A stretch of 63,033 bases of DNA, counting the filler, from Jimgerdemannia flammicorona (Eukaryota), in the NCBI GenBank assembly GCA_003990765.1. It is 2 parts of 2 records of this genome, joined end to end, with 100 filler letters (N's around TTAATTAATTAA, not from the genome) between each part and the next. Parts side by side here need not be neighbours in the genome. Positions count along the whole stretch, not along the records: positions 1 to 31,477 come from RBNJ01000394.1; positions 31,578 to 63,033 come from RBNJ01000395.1. One strand, written 5' to 3'. Of this stretch, positions 26,115-39,700 are shown piece by piece (the first letter of the stretch is position 1; every line of letters starts with the position of its first letter). The notes beneath the pieces were generated by a model. The model was not told where the DNA came from and made no database searches. It saw only the letters and a program-made list of their open reading frames with translations. The translations under genes were made by a program, and so were the position numbers.

Positions 26115-29100
26115 ATATATAAGAATAGCTTCTAGTCTAATTGAGCTTGTATCTATCTGTAAGATAAACTCTTGAGATAAGTCAGATCTCCTCAAGATAG
26201 GTATTTGAGTTAAACAGATCTTAAGATATTCAAATATTTATTATTTTCTATCAGTCTATTGGAACTTGATATCTTTTTTAAACAATTTATAGATAAAACT
26301 TATAATGTTAGATAAATCTCTTATAATAGATAGTGAGTTCTATAAAGACTTGAGCTTCAGTAACTATAGTAGATCTTAGATAGGCTTCAACTATTTAAAT
26401 CTTGATAGAGTCTATATAAGTTCTATTCTAATTAATAATATATCCAAGATGGAAGATCTCAATTTCTCTAAACTTATACTTCTTTGACTTGATAAATAGA
26501 TTATAATCTCTTGTTTCTACAGAATTCAGTGAATATAATCCAGATATTTCTTAACTATCTTACTGTAGATAACTATATCATCTATATAGATCATTATTAA
26601 TTTTTTCATATCTTCTCTAAAGATCTTATTCATTATTCTTTGAAAACTTACTGAGATATTACACATTCTGAATGATATTTATAGGTAGACATAGATTTTG
26701 TCTAGAGTGATAAAGACTGACTTTTTGCCAGCTTCTCTGGTAAGGCTAATTTGATAGAATTCTGAGTATAAATCTAAGATAGTATAGTATTATACTTTAT
26801 CTTTTAGTATCACTAGAATATCACTAATAAGGGATAGCAGGCAGTGATCCTTCTTGGTAACTTCATTCAGTTTTCTATAGTCTGTATAGAGCCTTGAGAT
26901 AAATTCTCCTGGCTTACTTTCTTTCTTTAAGACTAGTATAATTAGTAAGAACCAGAGACTGATGGTCTCTTTGATAATATCAGCTTCTTCTATTTACTTG
27001 ATTTTCTCTCTGAGCTATTTATAATATGCTGGTGGAATTATTCTTACTCTTTAATTGATTGGCTCAGTGTTTTCTATATCTATATTATAATAATAGTATG
27101 GTATCTTTTCTTTGATATTCTTAAAATCAGTGAAAGAACATCTTTGAATTTATATAGTAGTTTCTTGAGTTTCTTTGAATAAAAATTCATTTTCAATAGT
27201 ATGGCTTTACTTATCTATAATTTCCTCCTTTTTGTGGTCTAATTTAGTAATATTGATACTGATAAAAACTCCTCTTCTTATATCCAAATCCTCTTCTTTC
27301 TTTTTTCATTTCCTCCAGCTTCTTGACTTCTAAAATCTTGAGTTATAGTACTAAAAAGATCAGTATTTATATAAGTTAATTCTTCTTCTTAATTGCAAAT
27401 GGAATTATGAGGTTGTGGTTTCTGATAATAAGTAAGATTTCTCTAATATAATTAGAATTGATAACTTCTCCTTCAATCAAAATTTCACTCTTGGCTAGAC
27501 TACTTCTTATCTTGAGTATTCTAATATAGTTCTTGAGAATAGTTATCTCTAGTCTAGTTGTGAGTAAAGTTGTTATCTGAGGTTTGAGAATTATCTCTGC
27601 AACTGTAACAATATCTATTCTAGTTATATTTTCTGAATTATATTCTAATAGAACTATATCAGAATAAATCTTCTGAATCTTGATCTTAATTTTCTCTTTA
27701 TCATCACTATCCTCTAGAAGGACTAGTGGTCTATCCTCCTGATCTTTCTTTTCTTACTACTTCTGTCTTCTTTTCTTCTTCTCATAATAAAGCTTATAGA
27801 TCTTAATAATATATTAGTAATACTTATTTATATGTTTTATATAGTATATTCAAATTCTATGAGAATATACTTCTTGTAGGATATATCTTTCAGTAATTTT
27901 GTATTAGTCTTCTTTACTAATCTATTTGATCTTCTTCTTACTTGCTACCTTTTTTATCTATCTTAGAGAGTACTTCTTTATTGATATTGATAATAATTTA
28001 CATCTTTGTTCTCAGTAGAAAATCTGTATCTTCTGGAAGTTTATATCAATTATATATAGTTCTGGTCTTATATGTAAATCCACTGATTGCTAATGAGGAT
28101 ATCATAGTTGATAATATTCATGATAATTATATCTACTAAAATGGTTATTTTTCTGAACTTGATAGGAATATTCCAAATTTTTCTCAGAGAGATAGCTCTT
28201 ATACTATCTGCTGTAATAAATATCAATTTTATAGCTTCTTCAATTTTCCAACTTAGGTAGTTTATAGCTTTCTTACTAAGAAGTTATCCTTCTGCTTCTT
28301 TATTAATGATAGCTTCAAAGATTCTATTCTCAATCTGATAAATAGTATAGACAGAGATCTTATAGTTATCTTCTTTACTTTCTTTATCTGAATCCTCCTA
28401 TATATTATTAGTCTCAACTATTTTTCATTCTTGATCTTTGACTGTTTCTATAAGTCTCAGTCTCATTTGCTATCTGAAGGTAAAGATTTCTATCAACTAT
28501 CTAAATATTATATCAACTTTTTGTTAGCTGAAATCTTTAAAGATATTATACTTAAAGGTTTTACTCTTTTGCAGCTTCTTCTCTTTTTTCTCTTCACTAG
28601 TAGGAGTATTGTCTTAGATAATATCTTTGACTATTTATTTGAGCTCCATATCTTGATTTATTTCTTCAGCTATATTTTTAATTTCTGTAGATACTTCTAC
28701 TTATTCTTCTGCAGGTCTTTTGTAGGATTTCTGATAGATATTTTTCTTAGGAATAAGAGTTAAATAAGCTTTCTATTCTTTCTCTTTCTCTGATTCTTCA
28801 ATTTCTTCAAAGGTGATAATATTAATCTGTTCATAGTTCTTAGTAATATTGCTTAACTGGGTCTTATACTTGGTCTCACTCATATATTTATAGAAGTAGT
28901 GGTCTTCTTCTCTATAAGTATAGCAGATTTCTCTCATCTTATCTATAGTAGTGGCAAACTTCTTAATAAGTTCCTTTATAGAATTATTGTTTTTTTTTTA
29001 CTGCTCTATAGTCTTAGATTAAGATATGTTTCAATTGATTACTATTATAGAAATTATACTAATTATCTTAAGTACTTTAATTCTGACTTCTGTAACTCTT

Positions 29101-29441
29101 TCTATTATATAGTCTTAAGAGTATCTGGCTATCTAATATTGCTAAGTATAAGTTATCTTCTATACTAAGTCTAGAACTATTAGTATTAATCAGATTGCTA
29201 TAGCTATATATCTCTGGGTAAATTTCTTTTATAAAGGTTACCTTAGCTATTTGATATCTAATAATATTAGTATAATTAGCTAAGATTATCTGATAACAGA
29301 TTTAAATAGAAATTATTTAAGTTTTTATTCATATCTTAGTAGATACTATTAAGTTGATACTTTAGAGCTTATTTAATTTTATCTATATAGTAGATAGTTT
29401 ACAACTAGGCCTTCTAAGCTATTAGTATTATAGCATTATTG

Positions 29442-30631
29442 TTTTTTTTTTTTTTTAACAGACTCAAAGTCCTATAGATTTTAATTAGAAGGAAATCTAG
29501 ACTATATAGACCAAAACTCTCCTCCACCATCTATCAAGCACTGCTTTCTCATTAATCTAGGCTAACTATTGTCTAGTAGCTTAACTATGATAGGCATAGT
29601 AGAGCCTATATTGGCCTGTATCTCATTCTATATACTATGCTCTCTCTACTATTAGAGAGAACTCAGCCATATACTAATGACTGAAAGTATATACCCAAAA
29701 CTCCAATATATGTATAAGACTATGTCTAAGCTGAATAGAATAGCTCCTGTCACCCTAAAGAGAATGACAGATAAAGAAAAAATTCTCATTAAAGTATATT
29801 ATGATAGATAGATCCTGGTTCTTTTAGATGAGATAAGTAGAGGACTTATACATGAGGTGAGAGGAGACTCCCAATATCTCACTACTCAAGCCTGCAGGCC
29901 TCAATCACATTGTTGTATCAGCTTTTAGTTCTAGTTGAGTATAGCTAAGATATCTGAAATGGATAGTCTCAGACCCTCTGATCTCCTCCAATAACTAGAA
30001 CCCAATCTGCCAAATTGCCAAAAGAAGCCAAGAGTGATATCTACTATCTAACCACTCTGCACCAATCAAAAGACCCTACTGAAGTAGTACTCACTCTAGT
30101 CCTGATGACCACCCCCAGTCTGGTACCCTACTGGTTTACTATTATTACCCTTTCTCCTATCTGTGATAGCCATCTCTCTTTCCAATCCAATATCATCTGA
30201 AAAGCAGTCACATATGACAGAACTGCACTCACTGAGAAGCTTGCTAATACCAAAGGGCTTTACTATAGATATTGAGGACCTACAGATAACCTATACTAGG
30301 CACTTGATATCCAAGGTCAGCCAATTTCCTACATAATCTGTGATACACTGAGATGACTCTTTATTGGCAATGACAAAAAAAAGAAGATACTATACTAAAA
30401 TAAGTATACTCCAGATATAGCTGAAGGTACTAGAAACTGCAAAAAAGTAGAGAAGACACTGATCTGATACTGATAAAAGAGCAACTCATCACCATTGCCC
30501 TTCTCTCACTATGCTCTTATATATAGGCACAGCAAACTAATCTGAGATAGAGAGGATAACAATAGAAGAAAGAGGACTTAGAAGATTGTTTATCAAATCT
30601 TGTGACTGGTAAGATAGTAGAGAAAAGAGTA
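29442..30631 (-). mobile_element. Poly(A) retroposon copy 2, in E gag
   Basis: Homologous to 14140-15208; poly(T) 29442-29456; 16-bp TSD TAYAGCATTATTGTTT at 29429-29444 and 30632-30647. Confidence 0.85.
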
Positions 30632-31477
30632 TACAGCATTATTGTTTCTAATATAAGTTATAACTATAAATGTAGCTCTTGCTAGTTCTCAGAGACTGAA
30701 TGATATTAGAGCTACTTGTTATTATATTGATAGTCTTTATAGTAGTATATTACTCAAAATTATCAAGAAAGATATATATTAATTAATTTATTAGAGGTAT
30801 ATTTATAAAATACTAATAGTCTTATATCTATCTTATCTGGATATCTCAGTTCAATTTGAGTATATATATATTTAGGTAATAGTAGTTGTTTATTATTTAG
30901 CTTAAAAGTGAGATATTTATCTTAAATTACTAGTCAATGGATATTGATAAAAGTGTAGCAGATTTCTTTATCTTAAATACTTGATCTTCTTTAACTTCTC
31001 AGAGTCCTCAGATATAAGAGTAGATGACTTCAAAATATATATATCTGCCTACAGACTTACTGATTTCTTATCTCTTTATTTAAACTATTTTGATCTGAAA
31101 TTTATTCACTTTAGATACTAGAGATATTTATATATATAAGTTTGTTAGCTATATAGTAGCTAAATTAAGACTTCTTTTTCTATAAGTCATTTTATACAGT
31201 TAAGAGATCAGTATATCTGTAAAATCTATATAGCTGAGAGATTTATATATCTGTACTTTTTATATAAGCATATAAATCATATAACTGAGAGATTGAGTGA
31301 CTGCTAAATTATAATACTATATATATCAGAAATCAGATTCAGATACTATAATCAAATGTCTATCTCTTGATTATTGTTTCTAATTTAGACACTACTAACT
31401 TCAAGTCACTCAAACTAAATATATTTAACAGTTACTGAGAAGAATTGTCTTTTTTTTTTTTTTTTTTTTTTTTTTTT

Positions 31478-31577
31478 NNNNNNNNNNNNNNNNNNNNNNN
31501 NNNNNNNNNNNNNNNNNNNNNTTAATTAATTAANNNNNNNNNNNNNNNNNNNNNNNNNNNNNNNNNNNNNNNNNNNN
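31478..31577. other. Assembly gap / artificial contig linker
   Basis: 44 N + TTAATTAATTAA (stops in all six frames) + 44 N = 100 bp. Confidence 0.97.
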
Positions 31578-31779
31578 AGTCTTTAATCAAGAGAAGGTGG
31601 GAGGGGGGGGGGAGAGCCCTAGATGGATCATTTAGGAGTGGGAAAAGTGTTTTAAGTAACGAATAGAGGGGAATAAAAAATATATTAAAAAAGGAAGGAG
31701 TCTGAGTAACTATAAAAAAAAAAAAAAAAAAAGAGAATAGTTCTCTATATATAAGTCTTTTGAATATTCTATACTATTA

Positions 31780-32215
31780 AACTAAGAGACACCAATATCA
31801 TCTATACTTAAGAAAAGAGAAATATCGGGATACATCTCTATGACAATATTACAAAATCTACCATATCTTTCTAAATATACTAAGTATTCAAAAAATCAGC
31901 AAAAACCTCTTTTCAAAAGGAAAAATGATGTTCTATAATAATAAAGAAATATATACATATAAACAATATAACTATATATGATTTATTAAAAATAAGATAA
32001 TGATAGCTTTGAAATATAGTAATCTTTATATGATTAATAGGATACTGAATAGTACAAAAGTCTCTATATATATAACAACTATATCTAATATACTGATATA
32101 TCTAATATATAGTATCAATACTTAGAACATATTGGCAAATTAAGTCTTAAAAGAATGATCTGAAGTAGCTTAGTAAATAGACTACTATTAGATATATACT
32201 TAGAAGATATTTTCT
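31780..32215 (+). mobile_element. Decayed Ty1/Copia fragment (gag-pre-integrase region)
   Basis: ~32113-32185 reads as eroded WHQRLGHIGKLSLKRMI.SGLVNGL, similar to the Copia WHxRLGH motif. Confidence 0.5.
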
Positions 32216-32224
32216 CAGATAAGT

Positions 32225-32800
32225 TCTTTCTCTACTATCTTACTGGTCACTAGGTTTGATAGACAATCATCTGAGTCTCCTTTTTATAACTTATACTCTC
32301 TTTTCTTAAGTTGGTTTACTATATCTGTTGTATGGCAGTAGGAGAGTAGCAATGATAATAAGTTTTCTCTTTATCAGTATCAGATCAGTGTCTTTTCTAC
32401 TTTTTTACCATTATTGATATCTTTGGCTATATCTAAAGTATACTTATTTTGTTATAGCTCTTTCTTCCTTTTTCTATTACCAATAAGATATCATCTGATA
32501 TTTCACAGGCTATATATAGAGTCTGTTGATCTTGGGTATCAAGTATCAGTATAGATTACCTACAGATCTCTAGTGTCTATAGTAGGGCCCTCTGATCTTT
32601 GACAAGCTTTCTGGTGAGTGTAGTTCAGATATAGATAACTGGTTTTCAGGTAGAGTTGGGATGAGAGGAGAGATGACTTTTATAGATAAGAGGAAGGGTA
32701 ATTATGGTAGAGTAGGGTTCTAGGCTAGAAGCAGCCATTGGAGCTGAGATAGATGCTATATCAGTAAGATCTTCTAATTGGTAAAAGATGGTTAGGTAGT
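32225..32800 (+). mobile_element. Poly(A) retroposon copy 3 (5' half only)
   Basis: Reverse complement of ~30050-30630. Confidence 0.75.
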
Positions 32801-32891
32801 AGGTAGTATTCTAAATGAGTCAATCCAGATGAGATTCTACTTATAATTAGCCAAAGATACTAAATCAGATTTATGATCTATATCTAAAGAA

Positions 32892-33012
32892 TATATCTGT
32901 ATCTATCAGATCTATCTATACCTATCAGATATACTTGTATTCATTAGATACACCTGTGCCTATTGGACACACCTATACTCATTAAACATATCTATACTCA
33001 GTGGATACACCC
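32892..33012 (+). repeat. 19-bp tandem repeat, about 6 copies
   Basis: Units like TATATCTGTATCTATCAGA / TACACCTGTGCCTATTGGA, differing mostly by transitions. Confidence 0.8.
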
Positions 33013-33464
33013 AGTTACTCTCTTCTCTAAATAGCATTACTGTATATTCTATATAACCACATAGTGACCAGATAGTAACTACAACTATATAAAAATACTT
33101 TAGAGATAAGAGTGAATAAAATTAGTCTAAAATTGAAATCAAAAAGCCAAAGAAAAGTCTGCTTACTATACTTTAAGAGATATGTCTGCTAAAAGTCACT
33201 TGATCTAGGAAAGATTATAATACTTAGGAGAAATATCTACTCTAAAGTCACTTTCAGAAGATTCTAAGCTCAATGTTCTTTTTTTACTCTAGTTTACATT
33301 CTGATATAAGAATGAGAAGTCTATTATCTAAGTTATTCTATTAATTCAGAAAAACTCAATTATCTGCTATTTTCAAATAATCTGTATCATCTGAAATTAT
33401 CTATCAAATTTACCAACTTGCTACTTAATAAGAAAGTCTGTCAAATTATCTATATAATGAATAA

Positions 33465-33565
33465 GTCATCATATAGAAATTATATACTTTTGGAAGCAGA
33501 TTATTATATAGAAATCACATACTTTTGAAAGCAGATTGTTATATAGAAATTATATACTTCCGAAA
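33465..33565 (+). repeat. 35-bp tandem repeat, about 3 copies
   Basis: Unit ATTATTATATAGAAATCACATACTTTTGAAAGCAG. Confidence 0.8.
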
Positions 33566-36500
33566 CCCATCATACTATATAGAGATTATTATACAAATTA
33601 CCACTATACTTAAGAACTAGCTTAATAAGAAAATTACCAGAATTGTCTAGAGATATCTAATATTGTCTTACTACTAAATACCTATAAGGATGTCAGAAAT
33701 TATTAAATATTTTATTATCTTTGATAATATAACTAAGAGCTCAAGGTGATCTATATATAGTAGTAATTTATCTCTATTGAGCTAGTATATTATATTTGTA
33801 AGCTCAACAGAGAAGATTTTCTTTAAATCTATGTAACTTTTTAACTCATAGAAACTCAATAGCCAAACTGAATATATTTGATATAATACCAATCTCTATC
33901 ACTATAGAAGAATGAGGTATTATCAGTATTTTAACAGAAAGAGAAGTAATTATCTCAAGACTTACTAATTACTCAATATCAGAAGGATTTCAACCAGAAG
34001 CCAGCACAGTACTGAATTCTCAATCAGTACTAACAGATCTATCATTAGGAGATCTAATCTAGTCAGATTAATCAGACAATATAGATAGCTCTATTAGAAA
34101 CTTAATAAGCTTGTATATGAATTTTAAAATATATTGTACAATCCTGATTTCTCTTTAAAACTCCATCAGTCTCCTCTATCAATCACTATCAGGACCAGTA
34201 ATTACGGAACTAAAAGACTAGAAATAGCTACTTTAGAGATACTCAGATTTACTATATCTTAAGATCAATAATACTATCTTCAGAATACCTAAGTAATTCA
34301 ACTCTAGCAACAACTCAGAAAGTAAATCAGAATCAGAATTAGAACCAGAATCAGAACCAAAAGATAGTGATGATAAAATAATCAATTTAATACTAATTTT
34401 ACAAGATACCTAGAAGAAGACCCAAGAGAATTTCTTAATAGAATTGAAAAAATTACAGCTCTAAAGCATCTCTTTGCTCAGAGAGAAGTCACTATCTACA
34501 AGACTCAACTTAGAGAACCAGCTAAGAGAATTTTCAATTAAATAGTATATAATATATATTCATATTGTAGAGCAGCTATTTAAACAACACTATTTTGGAA
34601 AGAAGTAATGAGGGCCATAACTAATCATTTTATCAAAAAATATAGAGATAATGAACACTGCCATAATACTTAAAAATCTATTATAGAGATAAAGATAATT
34701 ACTTAGAATACTCTTCACTAGGATCTAGAAAAGAATTTATGCAACTGAGTTCAATATCATGAATAGAATCTTATCAAATATTATCATGTATATCTATACT
34801 CTGGAAATTAGAAAGTCTGAAGAATAAGTAGATACAGCTCAAAGATTTTTCAATATCAGATAAGAAACCATCTAGAGTAATTTTGATAAGAAAGATAACA
34901 AGAAAGACCTCATGGTCAAAACTCTATAAGAACTTCTTTAAGAATATAGAAAACCAGAAGAAGAAAAGTCTGCCTAAGAGTGGAAGAAAGAGAGAAAGGA
35001 AATCCAAGACCTCAACTCTAAGTTAGACTAATTGGTTGAACAAATTAAAAAACTCAATATATGTAAAAATTAGAGCTACTTACAAAACAACAGAGAGCAT
35101 ACATAATGAAGAAATCAAGACTACATATCTACTTAGAGATAATAGGTGCTATTAGCAATAAGAAGAAAGAAGATACTTAGTTTGAAATAGAACCCAAGTT
35201 CAATGCTTCAACTGTGGATAGTTTGGGCACTATATTATAGAATATAATAATAAAAAAGTGATCAAAGAGACTCAGAACTACCAAATTAAAAGAAAGCAAT
35301 CCAGTACAAAAAGACTGAAGCTCACTCTGTAAAAGACTTTGAAAAAGAAAGTAATAGTAAAGACTATAATATTCTAGACCAATTCTCAACCAAAGTCATT
35401 ATGAAGAAAATAGTCTACCCAGCTGAGAAAAGAAAGTAGACCATTCAGAAATACTAACAGAAGAATTATCTAAGAAAAAAATAAAAAAAAATAAAGAGGA
35501 GTAAGTTGAGATATCTCTCAGGTCTCCCTTAACCTTTATTTCAAAAACAAATAAACTACTATTAGAGAATAAAGAAATGAAACAAGATGAATAAGAGTCT
35601 ATTGTTCCAAAGTTATATTCCAAAGACCACATCTAGATATATCTATAATGAAGTCTGGTAAAAGATTCAAGAAGCCAAGATAAAAGTCTCTCTTCTATAG
35701 TTCTTATAACTGATATCTGCTGAGATTTGAAACAAACTATTAAGAACCACTAGGTTCAGTATTGGCTAAATCTCAATTCCATAATAAGAACCAGTACTGA
35801 CTACTATCCAGCCATGTCTTTGAAGCAGAATACGATCTTGACCATGCTGAATCTCCGAGGTATGTCTGAACTAACGGACTGAACTGTGTGAAGCAATGGG
35901 GGCGCGGCTGTGCAACGGGAATCAAGCTCACGACGTGTGTGTGTCGTCCCCCCCCCTCCTCCTCCTGCTTCATTTTTCTCATGGAACAGCATCAGCGACG
36001 AGGGGGCATGCGCCTTAGAAGTGTTAAAGAGTGTGGTTGTCGAGATGTAACTCAATCTATTGTACCCTATACTTTATTCGGATTTGTCATACAAGTTTGC
36101 AACCTCGGAGTATCGTTATATAATTACTTTAGGGAGTATTATATAGGGCGTGCTGCAACAAAACCAGACAAAGTGAACATTGTGGCTAGATGACACAAAT
36201 CAGATGAATGTTGACAGTGACCTTAAAGGTCCCGAAGTGCCGAGAACTGTCACCTTAGCAGAAGACGGTGGTTAACTAACATTTGACAACAAATCTGTTG
36301 GAAAATTTCTTAGCTTTAGTTTGTCGATCCCTGTGTACAAAATACCTTGTATAGATATACCATCCTTTTCCAATGTTGTCACCAGAGTTTGAAGTACAAT
36401 TCTCACGTCACTCATAACAAGGTCTACGAAATTCTTACGTCATTAAGTGGCTTATTACCAGAAAATTTACCTTTTGTTTTTTTACCTGTTTATCCTCTAG

Positions 36501-36723
36501 CCGTTACTGTGAGTATTAGGGGTTGCTTTATATTTTCGTTCTTCACCCTATACCTATGTCCTCTTTTTGGGGCTGATTTTTCTGTTTAGTGATTATCCTA
36601 AAAAAAGGACGTACAAAACCCCGCACTCTCGGAAACTTTACTACGGTTAGATATTTTCTTTCATGATTGTCTACGATTCATCCTCGAACAATTTGTCTAA
36701 CTTGGAGTGTTATTTGTACAGTC

Positions 36724-39700
36724 ATGGTCTGGACTATGCTTGAAGGCTACGAATGGGATGAGGCCCCATTGATCGAAGCTGAGAGTGTCATGGGTCTCAA
36801 AAGAGAAATCAGGAAAAAATTGGCACCGAAAATTCTCTCCGGTGAAAATCTCAAGGCCCTCGAGCGTCTTAAAATACGTCTGGCATTGGGTGAAATGTCT
36901 AGGGGTGATTATGATGAAGGACTTGGTATTCTATGTGGAGATATTGACATCTCACTCAAGGCCGTGAAGGAGGGGTCGCCTGTGGATACCGCGAAGCACC
37001 TCGAACCACGAGCTTCGCTTGTCTCTGTCCTCCAAGAGTTCGAAGTGTCTGTGGAGAATCCGGCTGATATAAACGCGGTTCGAGAATCGTTCAACAAAAA
37101 CATATGTTTGTTTGTGTATTTGCCGAAGGGTAAGTTCCACATTTACTTCGATCCCTTATCCTTCGCCTCGCACACTTACTATCACTTGATTTCTAAACTT
37201 CCTGCCTTTCTCCCTTCCATTTATCCTCAATCCTATCCATCCATCGACTCTTCTATCCATGGCATCCATCCATATCTAAACTTTGTTTTGTACATTCATC
37301 CATCCATCCATCCGATTGCTACTTTATCACATACATTTTGATACTCTTTTGTCTATTTCTTTTGCCTCGTTCGTGAATTGCTCTCTGTCACCATCAGCAG
37401 CTCCCCAAGGTATGTATTTCGTTGTTCCTTTTTGCTATTCTCCTTGGTTTCTATGCTGACTTTGACATCGACGTACTCATCGATTTTCGGCAAGCGGTGG
37501 CGTAAAAGAACATTTCTTAACTCGTTTCGAAACCACTCTCTTATTCTTTCATTTCTTTCCCGCTCGCACCAACGTTACACTTCTTTCGTCGCCATTTTAT
37601 TTCTTAACCGTTCACTCTTGCTCTTTTGCAACTTTTGCCTCCCTCTCTCCATTGCCAACTAAGGTACGCATTTGAATATATCATGCGCCTCTTTCGACGT
37701 TCTATTTAATTCGGCAAACATGTAAACCTCATTTCTTCCCTCATTTTCTTAACGGCCCACTCTTTCTATTTCATCTTTGTCCATCCACTCCGACTATTCC
37801 AGGTAATATATATAATTGTTATAATTATTCCGGAAAACCCTACTTTTTGAACGTCAGCGAACGGCTTGCAGTTTCATTAAACTCTGCGCTACGGAGAATC
37901 TAGCGTTGTTTTGGGTCTTAGGAGCGGGGGGGGGGGAGGATCGTAGGAAGAAATCATGAAAGGAAAGGACAACGTTCAATATCATCCACTCATCCCACTC
38001 CATCCATCTTTCACATTTATCATCTATTACCAATTCGCTTACCATCATAACATCAGAAGAAATCCCAAAAATAAAGCTCTCAAGTGAACAGAGCAAAGAG
38101 GCAGTAGAAACTCTTATTGACAAGGTAGCGAGCTGTCACTTGCCTCATACAGTGAACATGGAGGCAGTAAAGAAATATCAGAAGGAAAAGCTGCGAACTT
38201 TCTGTCCATCTAACCCTCTACCACATGGCATAAAAGCGGAGAGCCTGAGTCTGCCGATGTTTGGACAGGTGTTACAAGATAGAGAACCAACGCCTCGTAT
38301 TGGAGAAAAGAGGACGTTTTCGCAATACGTTCAAGCCGACATCGACGTGACTACTAATCACTACGTAATAGCGATGGTTGCTCGATCAGGTTCGGGAAAA
38401 ACAGCGACGGTGGTTGCTCTGGCAAAGAAACACTTTGTCATATATGCCATGTGCACGTTCCGAGGTTCTAATACCCCTGATTTCAAAGACGCCAACTTTA
38501 ACAACCTCTCCATCGATGTCGAATACATGAAGGATAATCTTAGACGGGAATTCGATCGCCAATCAGTTGATTCAATGCTCGAATACGACAGAGCTCTAAA
38601 AAGGACGACAATGAATCGCGTCGAGCTTGAATTTTTGGCACGCTTTATGTTCTTGCTATTTCTTTTCGACAAAAAGAATCCTCAACTCGAGCCGGAGGAA
38701 TTCTTCCGCGAGCAGATGAACGGTGGATCCCGGACAATCCAGAATCTAGTTAACTATCTAAAAGTTTATGACCCAGTGGCGATCACGTATATGCTCAACC
38801 ATGTGGATATGAAGTTGAAAAAATACCTTAATAACCGCGGACTCGTAATTGCGGTGGACGAAGCGCAAATAGCAGAGGATAATATCTTGCATGGCGAACT
38901 GATCTCGACGACAGGGGTAAATTATCTAAACTCTGGCCGGATAAAACCCTCCGACGTTTTCGACCACAAGAATACAATACGCTCAGAATATCGCCGTGGG
39001 TTTCTCACTTCCTTGCGTGCAGCTCTGGACGGCTTGAGAGCTACGCTAGTTGTGCTTGGGACATCGTTCTCACTCTTAAATGCCGACCACGTGTATTCCG
39101 TATCCAGCAAGCCCAGAGAACGACATATTCGGATTACCAATTTCCCCACGGCAAATGAGGATGATGTGGGCATTATATTAACCTCACTCCTCGACATGTC
39201 GGGCTGTGATATACCAAAGGACAAGAAACAACGGCTTGCCGGACGATTCCGATACACTACATACATAATCGATGCGATAACTAAAGTAACTTTACCAGAA
39301 ACGAAGTCCAAGCAGAAAATACTGAATGAAGCGATTACTGCGGCGGAAGAAAAGGTGAAAAGTGATGCACGATCCAGTGTGACGAAATTACTGCAAGGCA
39401 ACAGGGGGCGAAACGCGCATTTGCTCTGTCGTATGCTTATCTCGTTCAAGCTGAAGGATGGCCACATAACCTTTCCGCAAGAGGAAGATGTCGACTTTAT
39501 AAACAATTCCTTATGTGTACTTATCGAAGACGACAACGAGAAGTATTCCATTAGCATGAAGGAGCCACTTATTGCTGAGGTGGTGGAAGAAGAGTTGAGA
39601 AAGTTAAATATTGACACCGAATTCTTCGAATGTTTCGATCAATTTAACTCGACGATCGTCACCTACGGCATAAGGTCGCCGCATAGAGGAGTGATAATCG

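Larger units (their letters stand above)
13942..31390 (-). mobile_element. Ty3/Gypsy element 'E', B-like family, extremely C-to-T eroded; hosts element C and two poly(A) retroposons
   Basis: The reverse complement aligns colinearly with B by eye: 3' LTR 13942-15445, accessory ORF, IN, RH split at 17422/26115, RT, dUTPase ~27300-27690, PR, gag, PBS ~30930-30946, 5' LTR ~30948-31390. Confidence 0.88.
32800..35800 (+). mobile_element. Decayed Gypsy-like element 'D': repeat-rich LTR (to ~33793) plus gag relic
   Basis: Eroded gag-like peptides (EIQDLNSKLD.LVEQIKKLNI; KIQEAKIKVSLL.FL.L); LTR similar to 31-163 and 13253-13455. Confidence 0.55.

Noticed and set aside
31478..31577. Palindrome TTAATTAATTAA inside an N-run
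   Set aside because: Synthetic contig spacer; adjacency across it is unproven.
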